From sequence record OQ603353.1: DNA of 64,000 nt, one strand, 5' to 3'. This document shows positions 17,289 through 26,370 of this stretch, piece after piece. Numbering within the stretch: position 1 is the stretch's first letter; the number at the start of each line of letters is the position of its first letter. The position numbers and the translations under genes are program-made. The notes under the pieces are model-generated. The model ran no database searches and was not told the DNA's origin. It worked only from the letters and a program-made list of their open reading frames with translations.

Positions 17289-17438
17289 ATTTCAAAGTGT
17301 GTTTGGTATGCCATAAGCGACAGGCACACTCCCACACCCCTATCATAACACAAGTCAAGTCGGGTGACTACCACTCCTGACTTTCGTTCAGCTGCCGTTC
17401 AGGTTCCGAGGGTGGTCATTTCGAGCATCCTTTGAAAA
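17289..17438 (-). repeat. Early-promoter cassette copy 2
   Basis: Conserved leader AGTGTGCCTGTCG-N6-GCA-N2-CCAAACACACTTTGAAA, GTTCAG iterations, upstream arm CATCCTTTGAAAA. Confidence 0.8.
17342..17370 (-). promoter_or_regulatory. Sigma70-type extended -10 promoter
   Basis: TAGTCA-17 bp-TATGAT with TG at -15/-14. Confidence 0.7.
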
Positions 17439-17465
17439 ATCGAGGGGTCGGTGTTCTGACCCCTC
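17434..17465 (-). terminator. Intrinsic terminator
   Basis: GAGGGGUC/GACCCCUC stem then GAUUUUU. Confidence 0.75.
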
Positions 17466-17470
17466 ACGTG

Positions 17471-17833
17471 TTACTGCGCTACCTGCCGCACCTCAATCCC
17501 GAGGTGGTGGCACGTCAAGATGATTTGATCCACCGTCATCTGAGTGGACGCAACTACCTTGACACCTACTTCACGCGCTGCCTTTTGGAAGATGGCGAAA
17601 GGCACTCGGATGTTCTCCGCAGCCTTGGACGCCGCAGCAGGCTCCAGCCGTACCGGCTTTAGAGTCGCTTTCTCAAACGCCTGACCAATCATGTAGAGTG
17701 TGGTCAAGGTGTGGAGAGACGACAGCTTGCTGGTTCCTACATGGTGCTGCTTTGGCTTAGGCTGCGGCTTTGGTGCCTCCGGTACCTTACGGCCAGTGAG
17801 GGCAGCCAACTGCTCTGCCATTGACAGGCTCAT
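17471..17833 (-). CDS. Hypothetical protein
   Basis: ATGA overlap with the upstream gene. Confidence 0.65.
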   Translation of the reverse strand: MSLSMAEQLAALTGRKVPEAPKPQPKPKQHHVGTSKLSSLHTLTTLYMIGQAFEKATLKPVRLEPAAASKAAENIRVPFAIFQKAAREVGVKVVASTQMTVDQIILTCHHLGIEVRQVAQ

Positions 17834-18261
17834 GCCTTACCTCGCTTCTTGTTCTTCCGACGTTCGATGGCCTTCCACGCTCGACGCTCTGCACGATTGC
17901 CATTCGGATTAGGACCACCATCAAAGCAGGGCTCTATCACCATGTCATCGTACTCATGCTTACGGATAGCTTCCATCAGCCCCTTGGTGTTAATGGGTTG
18001 ATCGTGAAGCAACTGGATACGCGGATCGTCCAGAGGCAGCACCATATCGCCGATCACGTCCGGATGTTCCAGCAGCGCATCCGCTACTCGTACATCCGTG
18101 GCAATGAGGTTCAGCACACTACCGAGTGTGTACATGCTCATTGTGCGCGCCATGCGTGACTTGCCACCACGCATCACCTCAAGATCGGGAGCCGCTTCCA
18201 TCATCTGCCGCTTGATTACCTCAAGCGTTTCCACGTCGATTTCTCGGTCGCGCTCGATCAT
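17830..18261 (-). CDS. Hypothetical protein
   Basis: ATGA-coupled; basic NRAERRAWK tail. Confidence 0.65.
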   Translation of the reverse strand: MIERDREIDVETLEVIKRQMMEAAPDLEVMRGGKSRMARTMSMYTLGSVLNLIATDVRVADALLEHPDVIGDMVLPLDDPRIQLLHDQPINTKGLMEAIRKHEYDDMVIEPCFDGGPNPNGNRAERRAWKAIERRKNKKRGKA

Positions 18262-18530
18262 TCTTCATGGCCGGTGAGGATTTGGGCCAACAACTCCGTG
18301 GGAACGTTGACGAACTGCGCACCATCTACGTGGTAGAACTGGAAGCCGATCACCTTGTCGTCTGCCTTCATACCAGTGGTGCCCCGGTAGACGATGAACT
18401 CTCCGCGACGCAGGACAACCTGATCGGATGACCCACGAGTGGACAGGGTGACGGTGGTGTCTTCCACAACCTGATAGACAGCATCCTTGATGAGGACAGG
18501 AGACAGAACGTTGGTTCGGATAGAGTACAT
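18258..18530 (-). CDS. Hypothetical protein
   Basis: Co-oriented and translationally coupled. Confidence 0.6.
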   Translation of the reverse strand: MYSIRTNVLSPVLIKDAVYQVVEDTTVTLSTRGSSDQVVLRRGEFIVYRGTTGMKADDKVIGFQFYHVDGAQFVNVPTELLAQILTGHEE

Positions 18531-18540
18531 GGAGACTTCC

Positions 18541-19494
18541 TTAGATCAGGGGAACGGTGGCGGTGACGCTGGCCGGCTTCTTGGTGGATTTCTTGGCACC
18601 CTTCTTGCCGTAGGGCTTACCCATCGTAGCAGGTGCAGCTTCCTTGCGCTTGTCGGCCTTCGGCTTCGTCGCCTTGCTGGCTTGCTTGAGCAACTTCTTT
18701 TCGGCCTTGGCCTTCTTGGCCATCGACTTCTTGTGGGCCTTCTCGCGCTTGTCCTGCTCCTTCTCGAAGGCTTCGATGTACTTGGACTGCCGGACTTCGA
18801 TCAGGGACTTGTGCTCCTTGAAGCGGGTAAGCAGTTCGAGGTCACCCGAACTATAGACGCCGATCTTCTCCAGCTTCTTGTACGCCTTGAGTGCAGACTT
18901 CGGAACATTGGCCCACGGAATCGAGACGGCGATGATGCCACTCAACGGCAGCACCCGATAGGACGCGGCCTGACGTGCGAAGTAGGGGAAGCCGAAGCTG
19001 ACGCCCAGCTGCTTCTCCAGCGACTTGCTTTTGCCCTTGGTCTTCGGGGCGACTTCCTTGGACAGGGCGGTCAGGGCGGTCAGCAGGGCCTCACCTTCCG
19101 GCGAAGTCTTGTCCTTGCGCAGCTGGTACACCGTATCACGAACACCCTTGACGCGCACCAGCGCAAGATCACGCACGGAGTTGGTCAGGCGGAAGCGCAG
19201 GTTGCTCGGTACAGCCTCGCCCGAGAGGCTCATGCCTGCCACGTGCTGACCGAAGCTGGAATCCTTCACCAGCTTGTAGGCGCCCTTCATGAAGTCCTGC
19301 TGGGCCTTGTGGACCGCCAGCATGTTCTTGAGCACGTCGCCCGACTTGATGAGGAAGTAGCGCGTGTGAATGTCGCCATTGTGCATATCGACTTCGGCCT
19401 CACGCACTTGCTGGATCAGTGCCTCCTGCTGGTCGTTGGACAGGTAGTGCTTGAGCTTGACCGGCTTGGTGTCCGTGGCGGTGGTATCGTTCAT
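18541..19494 (-). CDS. Hypothetical protein with Lys/Ala-rich H1-like C-terminal tail
   Basis: Start moved to ATG 19494 (AAAGGA); biased, high-expression-like codon use. Confidence 0.75.
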   Translation of the reverse strand: MNDTTATDTKPVKLKHYLSNDQQEALIQQVREAEVDMHNGDIHTRYFLIKSGDVLKNMLAVHKAQQDFMKGAYKLVKDSSFGQHVAGMSLSGEAVPSNLRFRLTNSVRDLALVRVKGVRDTVYQLRKDKTSPEGEALLTALTALSKEVAPKTKGKSKSLEKQLGVSFGFPYFARQAASYRVLPLSGIIAVSIPWANVPKSALKAYKKLEKIGVYSSGDLELLTRFKEHKSLIEVRQSKYIEAFEKEQDKREKAHKKSMAKKAKAEKKLLKQASKATKPKADKRKEAAPATMGKPYGKKGAKKSTKKPASVTATVPLI

Positions 19495-19525
19495 GATGAT
19501 TCCTTTGTAATGATGGGAGGGTTGG

Positions 19526-20029
19526 TTACTTGACCGCGTACAGCGGCTTCGGGGTGACGAGGTTGCGGAACTCTTGGCCGATGTTGCTTGCCTTGATGGG
19601 GTGGCGACTGGACGCACGCGATGCGAACGCCCGGATCGCAGTCTCGTAATCAGTGAGGGCGAAGTATTCGAGTTGGTGCACGGTGGCCCCGAGCGTTTCC
19701 TCATCGTACTTGGTCACCTCGTAGTAGCCCACGCTGATAAGGTGGGCCGGCTCAAAACCTTGGAAGTGGACCGGGCCATCGTAGTGGATGCCAATGTAGT
19801 CAAGGGAGGTGCGCGCGGCACTCGGTTCCGTCAGGTCCACTTTGTCCATGTAGGCACGGCCCTCAATGCCAGTTACCTGACGGCCCTCCTCGATAGCCTT
19901 GATATTCAAGGCACCGAAAGCATGCACAAGAATGTCGGTGGTCCCTGCTTCCACGTTGGCTAGCAGGAGGCGATTGGGGAATTCAATTAGGTCCGGATCA
20001 CGCTTCATCTTCTGCCTCGTTCTTGTCAA
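19526..20029 (-). CDS. Hypothetical protein
   Basis: Co-oriented ORF. Confidence 0.6.
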   Translation of the reverse strand: MTRTRQKMKRDPDLIEFPNRLLLANVEAGTTDILVHAFGALNIKAIEEGRQVTGIEGRAYMDKVDLTEPSAARTSLDYIGIHYDGPVHFQGFEPAHLISVGYYEVTKYDEETLGATVHQLEYFALTDYETAIRAFASRASSRHPIKASNIGQEFRNLVTPKPLYAVK

Positions 20030-20423
20030 AGAAAGCTTCCGTAGGGGTCTTGCCGTGCTTGATGCACCAGTCCATCAGCAGGTCCAGCCCGGTCACGTCG
20101 CGGCGTGGGTCGTTGAGCCGCAGTTCGTCCATTTCGGTCACGTCGTGTTCGTGCAGCACGTGGTAACGAACGTGATCCATCTTGAAGAACTTCTGGAACG
20201 CCTCCCAACGATCAGCGACCTGTTGCACTTGAGCCAGTCGCTGCTCAAGGTTCTTGATGCGGTCAGCTTGATTGTTGAGGTCATGCGCCAAATAGTTCGC
20301 CGACACTTCCCCGATGATGTGGATGCGCGACTGCTTCCCATCAGGTGTGGTCAGGGTCATGATCGGAATTTCATGGTGCTTTTCTTTGGTGTCCAGATAC
20401 CACCAGCGTCCTTGTCTACTCAT
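19998..20423 (-). CDS. Hypothetical protein with coiled coil
   Basis: ATGA overlap with the upstream gene. Confidence 0.6.
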   Translation of the reverse strand: MSRQGRWWYLDTKEKHHEIPIMTLTTPDGKQSRIHIIGEVSANYLAHDLNNQADRIKNLEQRLAQVQQVADRWEAFQKFFKMDHVRYHVLHEHDVTEMDELRLNDPRRDVTGLDLLMDWCIKHGKTPTEAFFDKNEAEDEA

Positions 20424-20872
20424 CGTCTCTTCTCCAGTGAAATGCCTTCGCGCTCAGAGACGCGAATTGTGTCCCGTCCTACCCGTTGGGCAAGGGATGA
20501 CGAGCACCTGTAGGTCATGGTGCCCCGTACCTTCGGGCTGATTGTGGCTACGCCTATCGCGCGCTCCACGCTCCAGCCCCGACGCAGACGCATGTAAAGC
20601 GTCATGTACTTGATCCCTGTTTCCTCCGCCAGTTGCCGAAGGGTTATCTTTCTCCCTTGATACTCTACGCACACCTGCATGTTCGGATCGTACTCTGACT
20701 TGAGCCCCTGTTTGCAGCCGCAACTGCGAACGTCGCCGGACCTCAAGTTGGTTGTGGTAACGATCTTGTAGATGCCGCAGTCACACAGGCACCGCCATTT
20801 CGTTCCACCGCAACGCTCTAGGACTTCCAGCATCCCGAAACGTTGCCCTTCCAGATTCAGCATGTTTGACAT
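20420..20872 (-). CDS. Homing-endonuclease-associated DNA-binding domains without the HNH nuclease
   Basis: NLEGQRFGMLEV...WRCLCDCG...NLRSG..RSCGC followed directly by VEYQGRKITLRQLAEETGI....LYMRLRRGWSVERAI; no HNH motif in between. Confidence 0.7.
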   Translation of the reverse strand: MSNMLNLEGQRFGMLEVLERCGGTKWRCLCDCGIYKIVTTTNLRSGDVRSCGCKQGLKSEYDPNMQVCVEYQGRKITLRQLAEETGIKYMTLYMRLRRGWSVERAIGVATISPKVRGTMTYRCSSSLAQRVGRDTIRVSEREGISLEKRR

Positions 20873-20881
20873 GGTGACTTC

Positions 20882-21181
20882 CTAGGAATGATGCTGCCTG
20901 TAGACCTGCATGACACTTTCGGGGAGGCCATGACCTGTTGCGCGGACGTAAATCATATCACGCGTGCAGGTGTCACCCATGCCCCACTGGTGGATTTCGG
21001 CCAGTTCGTCGTCAGGCAGTGACGCCAAGAACGCATCGACCACGGCTGCATTCAAGAAACCGTTCGGCTCGATCCCCGAATAGTCGAGGATGTTGATGAG
21101 CAGATCGTGGGCCGAGTCCAATTCATGCTTGTCTGCCTTGACCTTCGCAATGATCGCTTCGTTGATTGCCTTGTTGCTCAC
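20882..21181 (-). CDS. Hypothetical protein
   Basis: Co-oriented and coupled. Confidence 0.6.
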   Translation of the reverse strand: MSNKAINEAIIAKVKADKHELDSAHDLLINILDYSGIEPNGFLNAAVVDAFLASLPDDELAEIHQWGMGDTCTRDMIYVRATGHGLPESVMQVYRQHHS

Positions 21182-21567
21182 AGCTTTCTCCCGAGTGCCT
21201 GAATAATCTCAGGTGGTGCGTTTGGATCGATGTAGGTGTAACCGGCCTTGTTGCAGATGGGTGCGATACGCATTTTCTTGCGTTCGATTTCCTCACGCGC
21301 TGCCTTTTCACGCGCAGCCCACTCCGGAGTCACCTCACGTACCACGTGCTTGACCGTGCTAGGAGCACGCATCGTCGCTGAGGGACCCGAGGCGGCTTTC
21401 TGCATACCTTCGGTGATGACGTACTTACTTTCACGTGGCTTCAACTCAGTGAACTGTTTCTTCGGTCTCTTCTTCGCAGTGTTAGCCTCAATCTCTGCCT
21501 CACGCTTTGCAGCGTTCTCGGCTCGCTTGATCGCCCACAGTTTCTTCTTACGCTGACCTGTTGCCAT
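21178..21567 (-). CDS. Conserved phage hypothetical protein
   Basis: C-terminal IAPICNKAGYTYI resembles the AP.YNKG.YQ motif recalled from large-phage hypotheticals. Confidence 0.6.
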   Translation of the reverse strand: MATGQRKKKLWAIKRAENAAKREAEIEANTAKKRPKKQFTELKPRESKYVITEGMQKAASGPSATMRAPSTVKHVVREVTPEWAAREKAAREEIERKKMRIAPICNKAGYTYIDPNAPPEIIQALGRKL

Positions 21568-21764
21568 TACGAGGTACGCCCAACGTAAATGTCCTTGTCG
21601 CTGCCAATCAGCAGACTCTGACCCGGCTGCAAATCGGCGATGGCGTCGAACTCTTCATCGCTGTAGTCCGTCATGTTGAACACCTGCTGCAACGTGAGGT
21701 CGTTGCGCGTGGTGCTTTCAGCAGCCGAGGGTTCCGAACGATCCTGCATGGTGAAACGGCGCAT
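21567..21764 (-). CDS. Small hypothetical protein
   Basis: TAATG-type coupling. Confidence 0.55.
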   Translation of the reverse strand: MRRFTMQDRSEPSAAESTTRNDLTLQQVFNMTDYSDEEFDAIADLQPGQSLLIGSDKDIYVGRTS

Positions 21765-21988
21765 TAGACTTTCTCCTTCTTGAAGTAGTTGCGGAGGGTT
21801 TCCTCATAGTAGAACATGAGGTCCCGATTTCGTTTGAGATCATCCTGCACACCTGCACCACGCCCCGGATACTTGCGCAGACGCTCAACTTCGCGGGTGG
21901 CCTTGGGAAGGTTCAAGTAGGCCACGCGTGCCTGCTCAAACGACGGCTCACTCGGAGCCGTCACCAAATCGTCGTCGTCGAAATCCAT
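21764..21988 (-). CDS. Small hypothetical protein
   Basis: TGATG overlap places the start at 21988. Confidence 0.55.
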   Translation of the reverse strand: MDFDDDDLVTAPSEPSFEQARVAYLNLPKATREVERLRKYPGRGAGVQDDLKRNRDLMFYYEETLRNYFKKEKV

Positions 21989-22986
21989 CACGAACCCCGA
22001 CTGGCTTCTCGCTCCCACGCATCAGCCTCACGCGGGGTCATGTGGGCATCCAGCGGGAAGTCTTCGGCTGTGTCTTCCTCACGCTGGCGCTTCTCTTCTT
22101 CGTAGATGCGAACCGACTCAGTGAACTGAGCATCCTGTTCGCGTTCTTCTTCGCGCGACCACAGTTCCCGATCACGTTCCAGCTGATCGTAGTTCGGTTC
22201 ATCCAGCGTTTCGCCGAGGCCGTCAACCCCATCGTACTGGCGGTCGAGGTCTTCCGCCCAGTCCGACATTGAATCGTTGTACTCCTGCTCCCGCCTACGT
22301 TCCTCGAAGCGGTAGTTGATGTAGTTGCTGGACAGCAGACGACGGAGGATGCTTTCCATCGCACTCCGCGATGAAGTGCAGAAGACGAAACCGCTATGGC
22401 CACGCATGCTGTCGAAATAGTGCAGCTTGCCTTGGGTGTAGTCGATGGTACCCGACGGGGAATCGTACTCGATGTTCGATTCCAACTGGCGCAGTGAACG
22501 CTGCACTGCCCTCGGGCCACCGAGCCTACCAGCAGTAGCCTGATAGTGGATGCTCACCGAAGTGGCGCGTCGTCCACGCTCTGCCCACATGTACCCGATT
22601 GACTGCAATGGCATCATGAGCTTCGGGGTAGCCTTCTTGAACGGCGGCGCGTCTTCCTTGTTTTCGTGCATCATGCCGTGCACGATCTTGCTGGTTTCTT
22701 CCAGCTTCTCGTACCACTTCTTGCTACGCCAACCGAACTGATTCATGGGACGAACCGGACCGAGGACGATCATGTGATCGACACTGATGCCGTCCTCCAT
22801 GATGACTGCACGGAACAGGTGATCGCCAAGGCGCAACTTGCGCAGTGCCTTGTCCGACAAGGAAGGTATATCGAACCCCGTCTTGTCGTAGCCCCAGCCG
22901 TGATTCCAACGGTCACGCTGGCAAATCACGCGATGCTTCGGCGAGGTGTTGCTCTTGCGGGTACGGTAGTTGGTGGTCATCGTCAT
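21988..22986 (-). CDS. Hypothetical protein with acidic coiled C-terminus
   Basis: 332 aa ORF directly after a CTGTAAATA motif. Confidence 0.7.
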   Translation of the reverse strand: MTMTTNYRTRKSNTSPKHRVICQRDRWNHGWGYDKTGFDIPSLSDKALRKLRLGDHLFRAVIMEDGISVDHMIVLGPVRPMNQFGWRSKKWYEKLEETSKIVHGMMHENKEDAPPFKKATPKLMMPLQSIGYMWAERGRRATSVSIHYQATAGRLGGPRAVQRSLRQLESNIEYDSPSGTIDYTQGKLHYFDSMRGHSGFVFCTSSRSAMESILRRLLSSNYINYRFEERRREQEYNDSMSDWAEDLDRQYDGVDGLGETLDEPNYDQLERDRELWSREEEREQDAQFTESVRIYEEEKRQREEDTAEDFPLDAHMTPREADAWEREASRGS

Positions 22987-23000
22987 CGTCTCGTCTAGGT

Positions 23001-23009
23001 TATTTACAG
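23001..23009 (-). promoter_or_regulatory. CTGTAAATA phage promoter-like motif
   Basis: 15 nt upstream of the 22986 start. Confidence 0.55.
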
Positions 23010-23016
23010 AAGGTGA

Positions 23017-23517
23017 TTACTGGTTGACTTGGTACTTGTGGTTGCACTTGACGCAGCCGTGTTCCCACATGCCCCACGCGTTGAACTTGCCTTGCCCGAA
23101 CACCATGCCACCTGCCTGCCACGAATGGGCACCGATGCAGTGGCGATGGTCCAGTTCCTTGTTGTGGTCCAGCACCACTGGCGCGATGATGACAGGATTG
23201 TCACCGAAGGTCTGCTTCGCGTCGAGGCCAGTAAGGCCACCGCCTTCAAACTCGGCGCGGATGGCAGTCACGATGTTTTCGCGGGTTTCGTTAGCGGCCG
23301 ATGCCGCAATCTGCGCCGCCAGCGTCTCAATCTCGCTAACGCTCAGGCCGCTGAACTGTAGGATTTCACCCGAGCCCCACTCCACGGTGCAGCCGTTGCG
23401 TGCCTTGCACTTTATCCACTCACGTACCACACCGAGGAAATCACCACCACGCTCCATATACAATGTCAGGGCGTTTGCTGCCTTGCCGGTCATCACTTCT
23501 TCATGGTTCAAGATCAT
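23017..23517 (-). CDS. Hypothetical protein with C-terminal Cys/His cluster
   Basis: HRHC..AH...CVKCNH. Confidence 0.6.
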   Translation of the reverse strand: MILNHEEVMTGKAANALTLYMERGGDFLGVVREWIKCKARNGCTVEWGSGEILQFSGLSVSEIETLAAQIAASAANETRENIVTAIRAEFEGGGLTGLDAKQTFGDNPVIIAPVVLDHNKELDHRHCIGAHSWQAGGMVFGQGKFNAWGMWEHGCVKCNHKYQVNQ

Positions 23518-23532
23518 CGTCTTGTCCTCGGA

Positions 23533-23784
23533 TCAGTAGGTAGTTGTCAGGAGGCGTTTCAATAACTTGTTGTCACGTTCCGGGTTGCTTTTCAGGTCGA
23601 GCGAAACAGATTCGCCGTATGCACAGGGTTCACCGTCTGCATTGAGCCGCACGAATCCACCACTTTCGGGCTTATGTCCAACGAACGCGCTGGCCATACG
23701 ATCATGCTCCATGTACTCCGGGAAGATGATCGCTCCAAGCACCGATCCGTACTTGGCATTCAATTCGCCCACAAGATATTTCAT
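23533..23784 (-). CDS. Conserved phage hypothetical protein
   Basis: IIFPEYMEH...SGGFV...CAYGESVSLDLKS...D pattern. Confidence 0.65.
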   Translation of the reverse strand: MKYLVGELNAKYGSVLGAIIFPEYMEHDRMASAFVGHKPESGGFVRLNADGEPCAYGESVSLDLKSNPERDNKLLKRLLTTTY

Positions 23785-24218
23785 TACCGCAGGCCTCCGA
23801 TGAACTCATTGTAGGGAACAACCACGTTCTCTACTGCCGGGTGGTAAGCAGGGTTGACGCGAATCTCGTTCTTGAAGAACGGATACGAACACGTCATGAA
23901 GACGTAGCGTTCAAGGGTGATGGCAGGTGCACCCTTGGTTGAGTCCGGCTTCCATTTGCCCTGTGCCACCTGCCCGGCCAGTCGCGGATACTGGCGTGCG
24001 ATGCAGGAGGAAATGCCCGCCACCTTGGGGCCGTTGGGATCATCGAAGGCACCCGTCTCGATCCAGTCCACTTCCACCTGCGCGAACGTTGCAGCATTGT
24101 CGCCCGTGGTCAGGTTGCCACTACGCGCCCACATGCTCGCACGATCTTCCTGGGAGTACGAGGTGGCGGAGGCTACGGCGGAGAAAGCGAGCAGCGCAAT
24201 ACCGATCAGCATTTTCAT
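23784..24218 (-). CDS. Secreted hypothetical protein
   Basis: Sec signal MKMLIGIALLAFSAVASA. Confidence 0.7.
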   Translation of the reverse strand: MKMLIGIALLAFSAVASATSYSQEDRASMWARSGNLTTGDNAATFAQVEVDWIETGAFDDPNGPKVAGISSCIARQYPRLAGQVAQGKWKPDSTKGAPAITLERYVFMTCSYPFFKNEIRVNPAYHPAVENVVVPYNEFIGGLR

Positions 24219-24991
24219 CAGTAGGTTACCTGTCGAGCGATGAGGGTAGCAGCGCGTTCACCGATACCCGGATGAATCGGCATGCCTTGCATGAGGTGGT
24301 CGATGGCCTGTCCGATGACCCAGCGGCCATGCAGGCGTTCGGGGAGTCGCTCACCAGCGTCGATCTGCTCGCGGGTCAGTACGCTGTCGTTGCGCACGTA
24401 ACCTTCCGCGATCAGGAGGTTCGCAACCAATTCATGATCGAAGTGCAGGCGTATGTTGTCGTTGATGGCAGCGAAGTCACTGATCCACTGGAGCAAATCA
24501 CTCTCGTAGCCGTCGGCTGGGAATATTTGGATCAGGCGGTCAATCTGGGCTTGGTCAATCTGCGCAAGTTTGACCCTCACAGCTTCCGCCTGCTTGTACG
24601 CATCCGTTTCCCTGTACTCCCGGGTACGTTCTTCGCACAGTTCGTGGAACCTGCTTTCCCATTTGGTGACGGCAGGGGAGGGCCGGTGGTTGATGATGTG
24701 CTCTGCCTCGTCACGCGTCAGGCGGACTTCAACGTCAATGCCATTGGCGCGCACGTTGAGCTTGCTTTCCCACCCGAACATCTGCTGCATGATCACCAGC
24801 ATGTTCTCGCACTTGGCGAGTACGGTGGGAATGTGTGCGCCCGGTTCCTCAATGGTGGTGAGGAACAACGTGGCATCACGGTCGCTCTGGACCAACTCGC
24901 CGATTACGCCAGCGAGGCCGCTCAGGTGAGCCGGGCCACGCAGTTCGCGCTTGGAAGGAATGTAGGGCTTGCCGTTCAGGGTCATTGTCAT
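24218..24991 (-). CDS. Hypothetical protein
   Basis: 257 aa, coupled to its neighbours. Confidence 0.65.
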   Translation of the reverse strand: MTMTLNGKPYIPSKRELRGPAHLSGLAGVIGELVQSDRDATLFLTTIEEPGAHIPTVLAKCENMLVIMQQMFGWESKLNVRANGIDVEVRLTRDEAEHIINHRPSPAVTKWESRFHELCEERTREYRETDAYKQAEAVRVKLAQIDQAQIDRLIQIFPADGYESDLLQWISDFAAINDNIRLHFDHELVANLLIAEGYVRNDSVLTREQIDAGERLPERLHGRWVIGQAIDHLMQGMPIHPGIGERAATLIARQVTY

Positions 24992-25017
24992 CGTCTCTTC
25001 TTGGGAGGGGTTGTGAA

Positions 25018-25458
25018 TCAGTCCAGCAGGTTGTTGAAAGCGTCGTCGATCAGTTCATCGAGGTTGTCACCGACAACGCAGTACCCGCCTTCGCTTGCAT
25101 CGAGGGTCGCACTTTCGTAGTCCACATTGGCGCACACCATCCATGCGCCCTTGAAGACCGTGTTGCGCTTGGGGTCGCGCGGACCGATGTAGTAGCCTTC
25201 CTTCTGGAGGGCGTGGGCGCGTGCGAAGCGCTCCGAAGTTTGCTCAGTGTTCTTGCTCATGTTCGTTTCCTTGGGCACGTGGCCCGGGTAAGGGTTTTCT
25301 TTGGTCAGAATCCACTCGGGATTCTCTGCGACTTTGGCAAGTGCCTCTGGCACAGAGGCACCGAATGTGGTGATGATGCGGCGTGGCCATTCTTTGACAT
25401 TCACCAAAATGAGGTGATCGTATCCCGAAGACCACTCGATTCCTACTTCAATGGTCAT
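25018..25458 (-). CDS. Hypothetical protein
   Basis: ATGA overlap places the start at 25458. Confidence 0.55.
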   Translation of the reverse strand: MTIEVGIEWSSGYDHLILVNVKEWPRRIITTFGASVPEALAKVAENPEWILTKENPYPGHVPKETNMSKNTEQTSERFARAHALQKEGYYIGPRDPKRNTVFKGAWMVCANVDYESATLDASEGGYCVVGDNLDELIDDAFNNLLD

Positions 25459-25736
25459 TTGGTCGCCGCCCATTCCAGCTTGAACTCGGCCATCGCTTGG
25501 CGCAAGGCCGTGTCGATGTGTTCGTCGTTGAGGTAATCGTACACCGGCCACAGAGTACGCATGCCAACGCTGTCACCCGGTTGCAGCTGCGAGGCACGAA
25601 GGGCATCCCATCGGAAACGCATCGGCGTCAGGCCATTGTTTTGATAGATGGCTTCGGACAGCGTGAGCTTGGGGAGAATGGTGGTCAGCGCATCGCGCAG
25701 CTGAGTGTAATGTTCCGGCTTCATCTTCATCATCAA
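25455..25736 (-). CDS. Conserved phage hypothetical protein
   Basis: RFRWDAL...YDYLNDEHIDTALR motif. Confidence 0.7.
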   Translation of the reverse strand: MMMKMKPEHYTQLRDALTTILPKLTLSEAIYQNNGLTPMRFRWDALRASQLQPGDSVGMRTLWPVYDYLNDEHIDTALRQAMAEFKLEWAATK

Positions 25737-25903
25737 TCTCCGTCATCACAGGTGCAGGTGGACCACATGTAGCAGTAACCGCAGGGGCGCAGGTCCGGGT
25801 TCTCAACCCAATCACCAGCTGGCCGAGGATTCTCGCTGTCGGCGAGCGCGGCGCATCGTTCGCATCCGCACATTTCACTGTGCAACACGTATTCCTTAGC
25901 CAT
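25733..25903 (-). CDS. Small Cys-rich protein
   Basis: HSEMCGCERC and PCGYCYMWSTCTC. Confidence 0.5.
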   Translation of the reverse strand: MAKEYVLHSEMCGCERCAALADSENPRPAGDWVENPDLRPCGYCYMWSTCTCDDGD

Positions 25904-26117
25904 TGTCCTCGGCCTCCGTCGGCTCAGGCAGTTTGTCCCACTCCTTCGTTCCTGGGTTCCACTCGTAGCCAAGCGGCTGGCCCGGATAGTGGATCATGTA
26001 GAAATCGAGCGCCCGCACCGCACCTGCTCCGTAACCTGCGTTGGTGAAGGCGTCTTCAATCGTTTCACCCTCGACCAGTTCATGCGTGCCCGAACGCCAA
26101 TACAGAACGTAGTTCAT
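25896..26117 (-). CDS. Small conserved phage hypothetical protein
   Basis: GETIEDAFTNAGYGAGAVRALDFY motif. Confidence 0.65.
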   Translation of the reverse strand: MNYVLYWRSGTHELVEGETIEDAFTNAGYGAGAVRALDFYMIHYPGQPLGYEWNPGTKEWDKLPEPTEAEDNG

Positions 26118-26127
26118 GTTTCTTTCC

Positions 26128-26370
26128 TTAGAGAATGGTGGTGCGCCGCTTGCCCTTGGGGTGCAGCGCTACCGAGTGGAGGTTGTTGAGGTCGATCAGG
26201 TCCGTTGGTTCAACCGCTGCGCCGTTGATATGCACAGCGCCATTGTTCATCCATCGCCTCAACTCCGAATTGCTTGCGGGTGACTTGGGGTTTTCAGTGG
26301 ACCAAAAGCCACCCGCTCCGAATTTGTGGATGCCTTGCAAGTATGCAAGCGCAGTTGTCAGTCGCTTCAC
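26128..26370 (-). CDS. S4-like RNA-binding protein (TyrRS C-terminal-like)
   Basis: SNSELRRWMNNGAVHING; GTGA overlap places the start at 26370. Confidence 0.6.
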   Translation of the reverse strand: MKRLTTALAYLQGIHKFGAGGFWSTENPKSPASNSELRRWMNNGAVHINGAAVEPTDLIDLNNLHSVALHPKGKRRTTIL

